Below are positions 1-10,436 of a stretch of DNA of 64,000 bases, in pieces. Numbering within the stretch: the first letter of the stretch is position 1; every line of letters begins with the position of its first letter. The stretch lies in the IMG/VR virus record IMGVR_UViG_3300037475_000032, positions 32,001 through 96,000 of that record. One strand, 5' to 3'. The notes under the pieces are model-generated. The model was not told where the DNA came from. It did not search any database and worked only from the letters and a program-made list of their open reading frames with translations. The translations under genes and the position numbers were made by a program. The DNA comes from a virus.

Positions 1-2
1 TC

Positions 3-893
3 TTGCGTAGCATCGAAGAACTGGACATCCTCGTCCCGGTCGTGGGTCAGTCACAGGAAGATGTTACGGACGCTGCTCAGCTAGCCATCTTCCAGACCGT
101 CCAGGACCACGAGGCTTTCATGAACGGTCAGCAGCAGTACATCGTCGGTATTCTTGGCGAGGACTCGTCTGCATCTGACACCGTTGCTTCGATGTCCACG
201 ATTCGCTCGCACGCTGTTACGCTCCAGAGCCGCTACGGCGGAGAACTGAACCAGCAGAACGTACTCGTCAACACGTCTGCCTTCGGTGTCCCGCTCCCGA
301 GCGTCAACACCACTCTTGCCGTTGGTGGTCAGTACATGGCAGCCGCTATTGCTGGTGCTGTTGCTGCCCGTCCGCCGAGCGCAGGACTTACCAAGAAGGC
401 CATCGCTGGATTCTCAGCCGTTCTCGACACTCGCTTGCTCAGTGACAAGAACATCGATGCTGAAACTGGCCTCATGGTCATTGAACAGAAGAAGACCAAC
501 GTCCTCTGCCGCCAGCAGTTGACGCTCGACACGACCAGCACCGCCCGCAAGGAACTTTCGGTGGTTCGTGCCAAGTTCATCATGATCGAAAGCATCCGCG
601 AGACCCTTGAAAACGAGGTCATCGGTCAGATCATCGCAGATGCCAACTCCCCGTACGTTGTCCGCTCGGCCATCAACGCCGTTCTGTCTGCTCTCCAGCA
701 GGCCGGAGACATCGTTAGCTACTCGCAGGTTCAGGCTTCACTCTCAAGCCTCGAACCGACCACGATCTCAGCTAGCTTCTCCTACAGGCCATCATTCCCG
801 GTCAACTACGTCACCGTATCCTTCTCCCTCGATCTCTCGACGCAGACGGTTACAGCATCGAGTGAAACAACAAACACGGAATCTACACTGTAA
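3..893 (+). CDS. Tail sheath protein, C-terminal part (5' truncated by window)
   Basis: Sheath C-terminal-like motifs (ELSVVRAKF..IRETLE..IGQ; PSFPVNYV); directly upstream of tube gene. Confidence 0.8.
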   Translation: MRSIEELDILVPVVGQSQEDVTDAAQLAIFQTVQDHEAFMNGQQQYIVGILGEDSSASDTVASMSTIRSHAVTLQSRYGGELNQQNVLVNTSAFGVPLPSVNTTLAVGGQYMAAAIAGAVAARPPSAGLTKKAIAGFSAVLDTRLLSDKNIDAETGLMVIEQKKTNVLCRQQLTLDTTSTARKELSVVRAKFIMIESIRETLENEVIGQIIADANSPYVVRSAINAVLSALQQAGDIVSYSQVQASLSSLEPTTISASFSYRPSFPVNYVTVSFSLDLSTQTVTASSETTNTESTL

Positions 894-899
894 TAGACA

Positions 900-1547
900 A
901 TGGGTGCTGCTTTCAGAAATAGAGTCCGCGTTGGTGGTATCTTCACCATCTTCACCTTCGGTGGACAGCCGATCACGTTCTGCCAGCAGGTGGCGCATCA
1001 GTCACCGCAGCCTGTGGGCCAAGGAGCATCGGCTATTCACCCCATGGACGAGCCATACCCGGTGGAGATCATCACTCCTGCCGCTGCCGGTATGGGTCAG
1101 CTTACCCTCAACCTCTACGAGCTATTCGGCTCCGGTGGCTCGTCATCCAAGGTCTGGGACCGCCTGGGTGCTTCATTCGGTGGATCTACGTCCGCCTCCA
1201 GCCCCTTCGGCTCGACTACGGAAACCAACACTTCAACCAACATCACGCTTGGTGGAGACGGCGTATTCCAGAACGCCACGGACATCGTTGACATCTTCGT
1301 CCGTCAGGCTCAGGCTAACCCGAGCCAGTTGAACATCGTCAAGTACATCCGCCCGCTCTCAGCAGGCGGCTCGCCACTGCCATATACGGAAGAGTACAAC
1401 GGCTGCATCATCACCAACGTAGTTGATGGTGAGCAGATCGAAGTAGGCACGCTTGAGGTAATCAAGCAAGTCACAGTCGCATACAGGTATGTAACACGTA
1501 ACGGCCAGCCAAACCCGGCCTTCGCCGTTCGTGACAACCCGATCTAG
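900..1547 (+). CDS. Tail tube protein
   Basis: Follows sheath; C-terminal YNGCIITNVVDGEQIEVGT..VTVAY typical of myovirus tubes. Confidence 0.65.
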   Translation: MGAAFRNRVRVGGIFTIFTFGGQPITFCQQVAHQSPQPVGQGASAIHPMDEPYPVEIITPAAAGMGQLTLNLYELFGSGGSSSKVWDRLGASFGGSTSASSPFGSTTETNTSTNITLGGDGVFQNATDIVDIFVRQAQANPSQLNIVKYIRPLSAGGSPLPYTEEYNGCIITNVVDGEQIEVGTLEVIKQVTVAYRYVTRNGQPNPAFAVRDNPI

Positions 1548-1581
1548 TCAGTAAGGCTCCGGTAGGAGCAAGGAGAACAAC

Positions 1582-2139
1582 ATGGCAGATATCGCACTGG
1601 AGGAGCCCGAGCGCATCGACCCGTTCGAGATCTTCTCCCCTCAGATACGCGAAAGCGTGCGTGGCCTCGCATACGTTGGCAACCTGGAGAAGACCGTCAA
1701 GTTCTGCGGTCACTCGTTCACCCTTCGCACTCTCAGGCCCGCCGAGAAGGCAGCCATCGCCACAGCCGTTCAGCCGTGGCGCAACACCCTCATCGAGTCG
1801 GTCGTGTGGGCCAACGCCCATGTCGGCCTAGCCCTCGTGGCAGTCGATGACGATGACGCCTTCTGTCCCCAGACAGGACCGGAGCTAAGCAGCTTCGCTC
1901 GTGCCCGACTCAACTTCCTCACCAACTCCGAGACGGGTTGGTATCAGCCCACGCTCGACTTCCTCTACACGACCTACTTGGGTCTTGAGAATGAAGTCTT
2001 GCAGGCCATTGACGAGCTACAGGATTTAGCAGAGAGGAGTCAGCAGTCCTCTTTGCCCTCTGCCGATTCCTTGACCGATCCGGGCACCTCAGCCGACGAG
2101 ACCAGTTCGGCAATCCCATCTGCGGAGCCTTCCAGCTAG
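1582..2139 (+). CDS. Tail assembly chaperone (G form)
   Basis: AAGGAG RBS; lies between tube and tape measure; contains slippery site. Confidence 0.7.
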   Translation: MADIALEEPERIDPFEIFSPQIRESVRGLAYVGNLEKTVKFCGHSFTLRTLRPAEKAAIATAVQPWRNTLIESVVWANAHVGLALVAVDDDDAFCPQTGPELSSFARARLNFLTNSETGWYQPTLDFLYTTYLGLENEVLQAIDELQDLAERSQQSSLPSADSLTDPGTSADETSSAIPSAEPSS

Positions 2140-2366
2140 AGCTATTGAAGTATCTGCAACTCCAGGAGGACAAGCTACGCACCGCCGAGCGCGAAGGAGA
2201 ACTGGAGCGCAACGTGTTCGCAGCCAATCCCGGCTTGTGGAAGGAGATGTTCTCGCACGAGGAGCCCGGCATGGACGAGAACGGGATGATGTGGGCCGAA
2301 ACACCGGAGGAACTTGAGGAGATAGCTCAGGAGATGGAACGCCAGGGTTGGGTTCCAGGGACCTAG
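1582..2366 (+). CDS. Tail assembly chaperone GT form via -1 frameshift at G_GAT_TTA (2022-2028)
   Basis: -1 frame is open from 2013 to 2366, starting just before the heptamer. Confidence 0.65.
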
Positions 2367-2731
2367 AGGTTGTGGATGCTGCGAGTGTGGGCGGCCATCG
2401 CGTAGTTGCCTTCCCGTTCGTAGGCTTCTGCGCGAAGCAGATGCGGGTTGACGACCGGGACGACAGGGGCCACCTTCTTGGGGCGGTTGAAGTAGAGCAC
2501 GAGCAGCACCACGGCGATGGCGAGGACCAGAAGCCCCAGCAGAGCCGAGAAGCTAAACAGGTAGTAGAGACCGACGAGGAAGGCGATGGCGGCGATCTTG
2601 ACACCCAGCAGGGCGGCCACGAAGGCGATCCCGCTACCCAGGTCCCCGAAGCTACCGAAGCCCTCCTGGTGGATGGTGGAGTCAAGGTCTCCCTTGACGA
2701 CGATGCTGGAAGTGCTTCCGATTGTGCTCAT
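2363..2731 (-). CDS. Small membrane protein (122 aa), moron-like
   Basis: Two to three hydrophobic helices; own promoter; antisense within tail operon. Confidence 0.75.
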   Translation of the reverse strand: MSTIGSTSSIVVKGDLDSTIHQEGFGSFGDLGSGIAFVAALLGVKIAAIAFLVGLYYLFSFSALLGLLVLAIAVVLLVLYFNRPKKVAPVVPVVNPHLLRAEAYEREGNYAMAAHTRSIHNL

Positions 2732-2737
2732 AGAAGT

Positions 2738-2766
2738 AGTATAGCCTAAGTTATGACCTATGTCAA
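2738..2766 (-). promoter_or_regulatory. SigA-type promoter, leaderless transcript
   Basis: TTGACA-17 bp-TATACT, with ATG 6 nt downstream of the -10. Confidence 0.85.
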
Positions 2767-2818
2767 GGATCAGGGCTTTCCTAAACGAATAGGCTATAGC
2801 GCGCCCTAATAGACGAGG

Positions 2819-5107
2819 ATGCCGCCACGCGATAACACCGAACAGGACATGCCTGTAGCAAGCGCACAGGTCCCGCGTGCGACTTTGCAGGCCCTCAACC
2901 AGCTTACCCGTCAGATCGAGTCTCTGAACGATTATCTGGTGGCCCAGAGGTCCCCTACGGCCCAAGGACAGATCCAGGGCGAACTACAGCAGGTCGCATC
3001 TCGTCAGAGGGCCGCTCAGGTGGCTCCTACGATGCCTCCGACCTTCGCCGGAGGCACAACGACCACAGGTGGTGTCGTGCTACCCGGAGGGGTTGTGGGT
3101 CCGCCACCTCCTGCCCCGCCTCCGCCTCGTCCTTACCTGCCCGAACCAAGCGAGGTCTCGTTCCGCAACCGCCTCAAGGAAGGGAAGAAGCGAGTTGGGG
3201 AAGAAGGCCAAGGGAACGCTTTCAATCGCTTCTCAGAAGGCTTCCTGGAACCGAAAACACGCTCGGCTCGACCAACGGCCACACCGCCTCCACCTGTGCC
3301 TAACGAAGGCCCCGCAGGTAACAGCGAAACGATCCCGCCAAACGCACTGCCGCCGAACGCTCCAGGCGTCACACAGTCTGGAAGCACACGCACGCCCTCA
3401 GGTGTCATTCCGGGTATGTCGCAGCAGGAAGTCTCGAAGCTGCAACGAGAGGGATTCGAAATCCCTCAGTTCGGTGAGTGGCAGCTTGACACGAAGCTCA
3501 AGATGGCCCGCGATTGGATCGGTCAGTACGCCACCAACAAGGGTGCTTATGACCAGGAAGGTAACTGGCAATGGGGCGGCTCGATTGATGAACACGGTAA
3601 CTTCCAGGCCGGATCAGGTAAGTCCGCCGTGGGACAGACTGCCGCCACGGTCTCCGGTTACCTCAACTACGCCGCTTCACACGCTGCTCAGATCCACGCT
3701 ATCCGCCGCTCCTTCGATAGGGTGATGAACTTCGGCTCCGGGATGCAGCAGACCGGAGAACAGCTAGGTTATTCACCTCAGAGCGGTCTTGGTCCTTCGT
3801 CCATCTTCGGGTTCCGCAACCCGCTAGCGCCCTACACGTCAGAAGCCGGTCAGCAGGGAGCCGGTATCCGCTGGGATGCGGAGAAGATGACCCGACTCGG
3901 CACGGGAATCACCTCGGCCCAGGCCAAGGAAATCTACGGCTCGCTCGCGGGCATGGGATTCTCCAATCAGCAGCACGACGCCTTGGGTCTTACGACAGGA
4001 GGTGATTTGGAGAACATCGCCACTCAGCTTGTCGCCCCGATGGTCAAGAACACGGGAATGAGCCCAGAGGTTGCCTCTCAGTTTGCCAACGCCCTGCGTA
4101 ACGGTAACACCTCGATTCAGGAACTATCCAAGACCCTCACCAACTTGCCCGAAGCCGCCCACACGGCACGCGAGGGCATCAATGAATACACCGAATCCCT
4201 CCAGGGCTTTGCGGAACAAGCTGAGCAGATGGGAGCCACGAAGCAGCAGGGCTATCAGAGCGGCATGGCCTTTACTCAGTCTACGGGCCTCGATCCCCGC
4301 TTGCTCGGCCAGATGCAGCAGAGCCCATTCTTCCAGGGCTTGGCTCTTACCCAGATGGGTGTCCTCCCGTCCGGGATCGGGGCACTTCCAGGAGGTTCAC
4401 AGGTTGGGCTCACAATGCAGGCCATGAAGATGGCGATGAACGCTACACAGGGCCTCAACCAGAACAAGTACCAGACCATCGGGGGTAAGAGAGTCCTCGT
4501 CCAGTCAGGCTCGCAGGCGCAGCAGGATCAGGCCGCTCAGTTGCTCGGCATGAGCCCAGAAGAGTTCCAGCGTCTATACCGCAACCAGGGCCAGAACACG
4601 GCTTCCGCCAACGCTCTCACGCTCTTGCAGGCAGATACGGCTCAGGGATGGAAGAACGAGCTTGCAGGAGCCATGCAGAAGTCACACGGCAACCTCACGA
4701 AGGAACAACGTGAAAAGCTCCAGAAAGGTGGCGAAGGGATCACTGGTTGGAACCAGATCTCTCAGCAGCTACTCAACGCGGGCATCAGCAAGAAGGAAGT
4801 GGGGAGAATCGGCAGTGAGGGATTCGACAAGCGTGCCAGCGACGTGGAAAACCTCCTAGCGAAGCTCAACAAGCAGTCCATCTCCGAAGAAGGTCAGAAT
4901 AAGGTACAAGTCCAGTTCACTGGTGCCGCCGCCAAGTTCTTCCAGCAGGTGCCGATCTCACCCGCGAAGGCAGCCTCGAACGCAGGAGGTCAGTCGATCA
5001 CGAGTCTCGCTACGTCACCGCTTACACAGGCCCTCACTTCCATGAGTCCGCTCGGTCCTCTGACAACGGGGGCGTCGATAGCGTCTGACATAGCAGGCAT
5101 CCTCTAA
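2819..5107 (+). CDS. Tape measure protein
   Basis: 762 aa, A/G/Q-rich, follows chaperones. Confidence 0.7.
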   Translation: MPPRDNTEQDMPVASAQVPRATLQALNQLTRQIESLNDYLVAQRSPTAQGQIQGELQQVASRQRAAQVAPTMPPTFAGGTTTTGGVVLPGGVVGPPPPAPPPPRPYLPEPSEVSFRNRLKEGKKRVGEEGQGNAFNRFSEGFLEPKTRSARPTATPPPPVPNEGPAGNSETIPPNALPPNAPGVTQSGSTRTPSGVIPGMSQQEVSKLQREGFEIPQFGEWQLDTKLKMARDWIGQYATNKGAYDQEGNWQWGGSIDEHGNFQAGSGKSAVGQTAATVSGYLNYAASHAAQIHAIRRSFDRVMNFGSGMQQTGEQLGYSPQSGLGPSSIFGFRNPLAPYTSEAGQQGAGIRWDAEKMTRLGTGITSAQAKEIYGSLAGMGFSNQQHDALGLTTGGDLENIATQLVAPMVKNTGMSPEVASQFANALRNGNTSIQELSKTLTNLPEAAHTAREGINEYTESLQGFAEQAEQMGATKQQGYQSGMAFTQSTGLDPRLLGQMQQSPFFQGLALTQMGVLPSGIGALPGGSQVGLTMQAMKMAMNATQGLNQNKYQTIGGKRVLVQSGSQAQQDQAAQLLGMSPEEFQRLYRNQGQNTASANALTLLQADTAQGWKNELAGAMQKSHGNLTKEQREKLQKGGEGITGWNQISQQLLNAGISKKEVGRIGSEGFDKRASDVENLLAKLNKQSISEEGQNKVQVQFTGAAAKFFQQVPISPAKAASNAGGQSITSLATSPLTQALTSMSPLGPLTTGASIASDIAGIL

Positions 5108-5889
5108 TGACGGTTGCCAACCCTACTAACAACCGCTGCAACCTTCTCTTCTCGCATCCACAGGTGGGATCTATCACCGTGGACACAGGAGCAGACGAAA
5201 TCGGTTGGGCCTACAACCTGAATACCGCCAACTTCCCTACGTTCGGAGGCGAGGTGGTTCAGATCCTCAGCGTGTACATTGACGACCTGCTCATCAAGGG
5301 CACCATCCGCACGTACACGGACATGGAGGAAATCTACAACTTCTTCGCCTCCTACATGCTCATCGCTACGCAGGGAAGCAAGGGAGTGGGGTCCTATGAC
5401 CAGACGCCCATGACGATGACCTACTCGCCGCGTCAGTGGACCTTCTCCATCCAGCCGATTAGCACGCCGGGATTCACCTACGACCGCGAAACCGTCGCCC
5501 CGCAGTGGCAGCTACAGGCCCACATCGTAGACAATACACCCGATGTAGAAGCGCTCAAGGACATGGTTGTCACACAGGTACTTCACGGAGAGGACAACCA
5601 GAACTTCGCGCTCTCCGGCATCATCTCTCCCGATTCCGGGGACCCAGCCAACAATCCCTTCTCCGCACCCGGAACCACGCAGGGCAACACGTTTAAACCC
5701 CTTACGGAAGCCCAGACCCAGGAAGACATCGGCAAGTACGCCGACTACTACAACTCCCTTATCCCATCTTACATGAAGGGCGATTACTCGTCGGTCTTCT
5801 CCGAAATCGGCTCCAAGCCCGCCTTCGGCACCACCTCCGCCCCCACAAAGGGCGAACAGTCAATCACCGGCGCTACTCAGAACAAATAG
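5107..5889 (+). CDS. Minor tail / baseplate protein
   Basis: Synteny; TAATG coupling to tape measure. Confidence 0.55.
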   Translation: MTVANPTNNRCNLLFSHPQVGSITVDTGADEIGWAYNLNTANFPTFGGEVVQILSVYIDDLLIKGTIRTYTDMEEIYNFFASYMLIATQGSKGVGSYDQTPMTMTYSPRQWTFSIQPISTPGFTYDRETVAPQWQLQAHIVDNTPDVEALKDMVVTQVLHGEDNQNFALSGIISPDSGDPANNPFSAPGTTQGNTFKPLTEAQTQEDIGKYADYYNSLIPSYMKGDYSSVFSEIGSKPAFGTTSAPTKGEQSITGATQNK

Positions 5890-5913
5890 AGCCGGTCGCA
5901 GCGTAATCAGTGA

Positions 5914-6741
5914 ATGGCAAACGCACCTTACACAGGCGGCACCCCCTATAGCTACAGCACGGGCGCTACGGGCAATATCCCCGTCTACGGCGTGCCTTTG
6001 CCAAACCATGCCGGAGTCTCGTTCAGGCCCGACACTGGATATGACACCACGGCAGTCAAGATCAACCAGGCCCGTAGAGAAACGGCCGAAGGTCGTTTCA
6101 ACGGACGCCTCCACGACGGCACTTGGTACGTGGACTTCTTCGTCACCAAGATCAGCATTGACGTGGGGCTTGCCGGTAGCACCGGACAGTCTCGATTCAC
6201 TCGTGACTTCTACCCGCACAACATGGTCATGCCGTCGTTTGCTGTCGAAGGTCAGTGCATGGACCAGAACGACTACGGGACACTTATCGAGTTCGTTCAT
6301 CAGGCTCAGCAGAAGGGCGTCTATGACGGCACCCTTCTACAGCTTGATGTTGCCGGAAATGGCCTCTCGGTCAGGCGTCCGATCATGAAGGGCAGCCACA
6401 AGCCCATTCATGCACAGGGGTTCATTCGCAACATGCCCCGCAAACACGAACGCTTCGTGTACGCCCCGACATTTCAGTTCTCATTCGTTGTCTCCACGAT
6501 GTTCGAAGGCATCTACCAGGAGTCAACCGCATCGAGCCCGGAACAGGAATCGTGGGCTCAGATCCTTGCTGGCCTCGTCGCCCGTACACCAATCAACGAA
6601 GAAGGCGGAGCGGACCAGGAACTAGCCGGTCCTCCGCTCGCAGGTGGACTTGGCGCACCGGGCGCTACTGCTCCGCCACCGTCCGGGAATGGTGTCTTTG
6701 GCCCGCTTGGATCGGAAACCGAAAGGCTCGGGAATCTCTAA
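5914..6741 (+). CDS. Minor tail / baseplate protein
   Basis: Synteny; late motif at start. Confidence 0.55.
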   Translation: MANAPYTGGTPYSYSTGATGNIPVYGVPLPNHAGVSFRPDTGYDTTAVKINQARRETAEGRFNGRLHDGTWYVDFFVTKISIDVGLAGSTGQSRFTRDFYPHNMVMPSFAVEGQCMDQNDYGTLIEFVHQAQQKGVYDGTLLQLDVAGNGLSVRRPIMKGSHKPIHAQGFIRNMPRKHERFVYAPTFQFSFVVSTMFEGIYQESTASSPEQESWAQILAGLVARTPINEEGGADQELAGPPLAGGLGAPGATAPPPSGNGVFGPLGSETERLGNL

Positions 6742-9512
6742 TGGCAGAGAGGCTAGTCTACGCCCCGAAGGCATGGGTCTACACTAAGGATGCCAACGAA
6801 AACATCTACGACCTAACGAACTACGTCACGGCCGGTCAAGTGGATCGTCTCGTTAACCAGGTCTCAACGGCCTCGATCACGCTCCGCAACCCCCAGAAGA
6901 TCTTCACCTCACCGGCTACGGGCGTAGCCTTCCATCCCCAGGACCCAATCACCATCTTCCTCCAGCGCAAAGCCGGGAAGCCCGTGCGCGTCTTCACCGG
7001 ATACCTGGATGAAACTCCGTACTACCAGATGTATCCGGGCACGATCACCCTCAAGGCATCCTGCACGCTCAAGAAGCTGCTCTACACGTTCTTTGATCCG
7101 GCTCTCCCGTATGTGACGAGCTTCTTGGAGCAGTACGGCTGGATCAACAAGGGTGACGGCACAATCGTCTCCTCACAGGCGTACTCAACGGGCCAGGACG
7201 GCAATCCAACGTCACAGGGACTCGTCCCCTTCTCCGCCGATGGCAAGACCGCAAACCTCAACGATGGCTCGATGGGGAAGCTGCTTTGGGCGGTCCTCTA
7301 CCACATCGCCGATTGGCACACAGAGAAGATCTACGTCGAGGCGATCCCGGAAGGCGTCCCGAAGCTGATGGCCTCCCTCATGAAGGACTTTGACAAGGGT
7401 CAGGAAGTGACTCAGAAGGAGTTTGAATACTTCATGAAGAAGATCATCGGCGTCTCGTCACAGGGCTCCGGTGGCTCGAACGAAGGAGGGACTGCCACGC
7501 CATCAGGTCCGGTTGCCGGGCTTGACAAAATCGTACCGCTCGTGGAGAGCACTGCCAAGAAGTACAACATCCCTACTGAAATGGTGTTGGCGACCATGTA
7601 CGTGGAGACCAACATGTCGGACAAAGACGATCCGGGCAACCCTCACTTCGGATGGTTCCAGGTCCAGACGGCCGCTCCGCCCTACGCCTACGGCCCATGG
7701 TCACACACGACTCCGACTGTTGAACAAGCCCATGACTTGGGTCTTGCCTGTGATGCCTTCTGTCAGGCCGCTGCCGGATGGGCCAATGCCGAACCGTCAC
7801 TCCGCACCGCTCCCTACTTGCAGTGGGCCATGAAGGTGCAGGGAGTGAACGAAGGCAACAACCCACGCTACCCAGAAACGTGGAGTGGCTACATCGCCAC
7901 GGCCAAGAAAAACATCTCTGAATTCGGAGGTGAAGGCAATCTTGCTCTCAATCCCGGCACTACCAATCTGGGAATCACGGAAGAACAACGTGGCTCGACA
8001 GACAAGAGTGGCAAGGGTGAATCTGGTGAAGGACTCACTCACTACCAGGCCATCATCGCCAAGTGCAACGAAATCGATGAAAAGCACTACACGTACGTTT
8101 ATGGCGGAGGACATAATCCTCAGTACGCGCCTACGGGTGGAGGATACGACTGCTCGGGCTCGGTCAGTGCAGTTCTCCACGGCGCAGGCTACGAACTTGG
8201 AGGACCGCAGGTCGCTTCGTTCTACGAGACGTGGGGAGAACCAGGACCGGACCCAAAGGGACAGGTCACGATCTTCGCCGCCAAGGACGGCTCCCACGTC
8301 TTCATGAAGGTCGGGGGGCGCTACTGGGGAACCTCGGATGGTCATAACGGAAACCCGAACCAGCCGGGAGGACAGGGACCCGGATGGCTACCGGAAGCCG
8401 CAGGAGAAGGCTATCTAGCTGGCTTCACTCAGATTCATCCTCCGGGACTTGAAAAGCCCGCGAACGTCAAGATCACGGGGAACACTAGCGTTCCTGGAGA
8501 AGGAGGCGCAGAAGGCGGAGGAGAAACGGGCTCCAGCACCCAGAACATGATGAGTGAGGCATCCGCTACTGCCTTCACGAACGAAATCTCCTTCCCCAGT
8601 GTCGAGGAACAGGTTGTGGCCGTCGCTCTCACGGGCCAGAAGTCACTCATGAACGACAAGAGCGTCATGCCGTTTGTTCAGCAGCTAGCGCAGGCATCCA
8701 TGCGTAACTTCATGTCCCTTCCTAACGGTGACTTCTTCGCCTTCTACCCGGACTACTTCGGCGAGATGGGCCACCGCAAGCCCTACTGGCTAATCGATGA
8801 CATCGAGGTGCTTGGCGGAGGCATCAACCTCACGGACGACAACCTCGCTACTCACGTCTTCGCCGTAGGTGACAACACATGGCCGGTCAACAACGAACTG
8901 CTCAACATGCTTTTCAGCGCCGGTACGATCAGCGTCTTCAACGCTTTCGAGTCAGCAGGCGTGCTCGACCGCACGGCTGAAAACGTCGCCAACAACAAGA
9001 ACAACCCCGGCTTCTCCAGCGTCATGGACAAGGGAGAGGCGGTCAAGTTCTTGCAGCGCTACGGGGCACGTCCACTCGTGCTCGACTTCCCGATGGTGCG
9101 CTCTCCGATGTTCGAGATGTTGATGGCCTATCAGCAGTTCATGATGGCTTGGTCCCGTCAGTTCATCACCCCATTCACCTTCACCTTCATGCCAGAGATC
9201 TTCCCAGGCGGCAAGGTTGGCTTCCCGGATCACGGCTTGCAGATGTACGTGGAATCCGTCCAGCACTCCTGGGACCTTGAAAGCGGCTTCACCACGACCG
9301 CTCAGTTGTCGGCCCCATCGTTGCTCGAAGGTGTCACGTCCGTCATCAACCCGAACCTACCGCCCAACATGGTGAGCGCCCTTGTGGAGCCGCTACGTGG
9401 TGAAACGGCCTCGACCAACGAAAAGGGCCAGCAGATCAAGAAGCCAATCGCCAAGTCCAAGGCTGGTCTCTCCAAGACTGCCTCCAACCCCGGCACGACC
9501 TTCAACGGATAA
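6741..9512 (+). CDS. Baseplate hub with lysozyme-like and NlpC/P60 peptidoglycan hydrolase domains
   Basis: ATMYVET..GWFQ (transglycosylase-like); YVYGGGH..YDCSGSVS..HVFM (NlpC/P60); hub-like N and C termini. Confidence 0.75.
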   Translation: MAERLVYAPKAWVYTKDANENIYDLTNYVTAGQVDRLVNQVSTASITLRNPQKIFTSPATGVAFHPQDPITIFLQRKAGKPVRVFTGYLDETPYYQMYPGTITLKASCTLKKLLYTFFDPALPYVTSFLEQYGWINKGDGTIVSSQAYSTGQDGNPTSQGLVPFSADGKTANLNDGSMGKLLWAVLYHIADWHTEKIYVEAIPEGVPKLMASLMKDFDKGQEVTQKEFEYFMKKIIGVSSQGSGGSNEGGTATPSGPVAGLDKIVPLVESTAKKYNIPTEMVLATMYVETNMSDKDDPGNPHFGWFQVQTAAPPYAYGPWSHTTPTVEQAHDLGLACDAFCQAAAGWANAEPSLRTAPYLQWAMKVQGVNEGNNPRYPETWSGYIATAKKNISEFGGEGNLALNPGTTNLGITEEQRGSTDKSGKGESGEGLTHYQAIIAKCNEIDEKHYTYVYGGGHNPQYAPTGGGYDCSGSVSAVLHGAGYELGGPQVASFYETWGEPGPDPKGQVTIFAAKDGSHVFMKVGGRYWGTSDGHNGNPNQPGGQGPGWLPEAAGEGYLAGFTQIHPPGLEKPANVKITGNTSVPGEGGAEGGGETGSSTQNMMSEASATAFTNEISFPSVEEQVVAVALTGQKSLMNDKSVMPFVQQLAQASMRNFMSLPNGDFFAFYPDYFGEMGHRKPYWLIDDIEVLGGGINLTDDNLATHVFAVGDNTWPVNNELLNMLFSAGTISVFNAFESAGVLDRTAENVANNKNNPGFSSVMDKGEAVKFLQRYGARPLVLDFPMVRSPMFEMLMAYQQFMMAWSRQFITPFTFTFMPEIFPGGKVGFPDHGLQMYVESVQHSWDLESGFTTTAQLSAPSLLEGVTSVINPNLPPNMVSALVEPLRGETASTNEKGQQIKKPIAKSKAGLSKTASNPGTTFNG

Positions 9513-9515
9513 CTC

Positions 9516-10430
9516 ATGGGATTCGATCTAAACGAAGTCGAAAAGTACGGATGCAAGATCATCACGGTCGAACCGGCTCAGCGCCGAGTCGAGGGTGTCA
9601 TCAAGTCGGGTGCCGTTGTGCAGGTAGCCGTCTACACAGTCGATCCGTTCTTCCGCTGGCCCAAGGTCGGGGAGAACTGGATGATCCGTCGAGAGAACGG
9701 CACATGGTTTCTTGACAGCAAGTGGCAGAACCAGGAAGGTGAATCGGAAGCCAACCCGACGATCATCAACAACCTCAACGAAGGCGACGCTCTCATTGAC
9801 ACTCCCACAGGGAATGTCTACCTCACGTCGGGCAATCTCTTGGCTTCTGAGCCTTGGACTACGACCAAGATCGAAGAAATGATCTCGGCTGCGAAACCGC
9901 AGCTTGTATCCGTCCTTCCCACACCTAAAGATGGTCTTGAGGTTTACTTCCAGAACTCCATCATGGCGACTGCGGGCGTCATCTGGCATTTGCGCTACAG
10001 AGAAGCCTCTGCGCGTGCTCACAAGTGGGAGTATCTTGGCGGAGCTAACCTCAACTTCGGTCAGTCGGGGATCGTCCACAACACGGTTTCTGGAGAATGG
10101 AAGCGTCCGGGCTCTGGCGAAATCACTCCGCCTCTTGCAGGAGAATATGAAGTCATTCAAGAGGGTTGGTTCCTTGGTAACACGGCCGGAGGGACGAACT
10201 TTGCCATGACTATGGCAAAGGTATCGGCGCTCAATACCCCGTTGACCAGCGTTGTACTAGAGGTGACTGATACCGCTGGTGGTGGATCGCAGTATAACAC
10301 GCTCACTCAGCACGCTTACGCCACATTGCCCGCAGAACCCGTTACGGGAATCACGACCCTTTCGGCAACCACATACGAATACACGGTCGAGTCTCTACAG
10401 AACTTCCTCATACCGCGATGCGTGGGGTAA
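9516..10430 (+). CDS. Baseplate spike / minor tail protein
   Basis: N-terminal OB-like WPKVGENW motif; follows hub. Confidence 0.5.
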   Translation: MGFDLNEVEKYGCKIITVEPAQRRVEGVIKSGAVVQVAVYTVDPFFRWPKVGENWMIRRENGTWFLDSKWQNQEGESEANPTIINNLNEGDALIDTPTGNVYLTSGNLLASEPWTTTKIEEMISAAKPQLVSVLPTPKDGLEVYFQNSIMATAGVIWHLRYREASARAHKWEYLGGANLNFGQSGIVHNTVSGEWKRPGSGEITPPLAGEYEVIQEGWFLGNTAGGTNFAMTMAKVSALNTPLTSVVLEVTDTAGGGSQYNTLTQHAYATLPAEPVTGITTLSATTYEYTVESLQNFLIPRCVG

Positions 10431-10436
10431 TAGGTG

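Noticed and set aside
6552-6740. Extended N terminus of the hub ORF in the track
   Set aside because: It overlaps the upstream gene; the TAATG-coupled ATG at 6741 is the better start.
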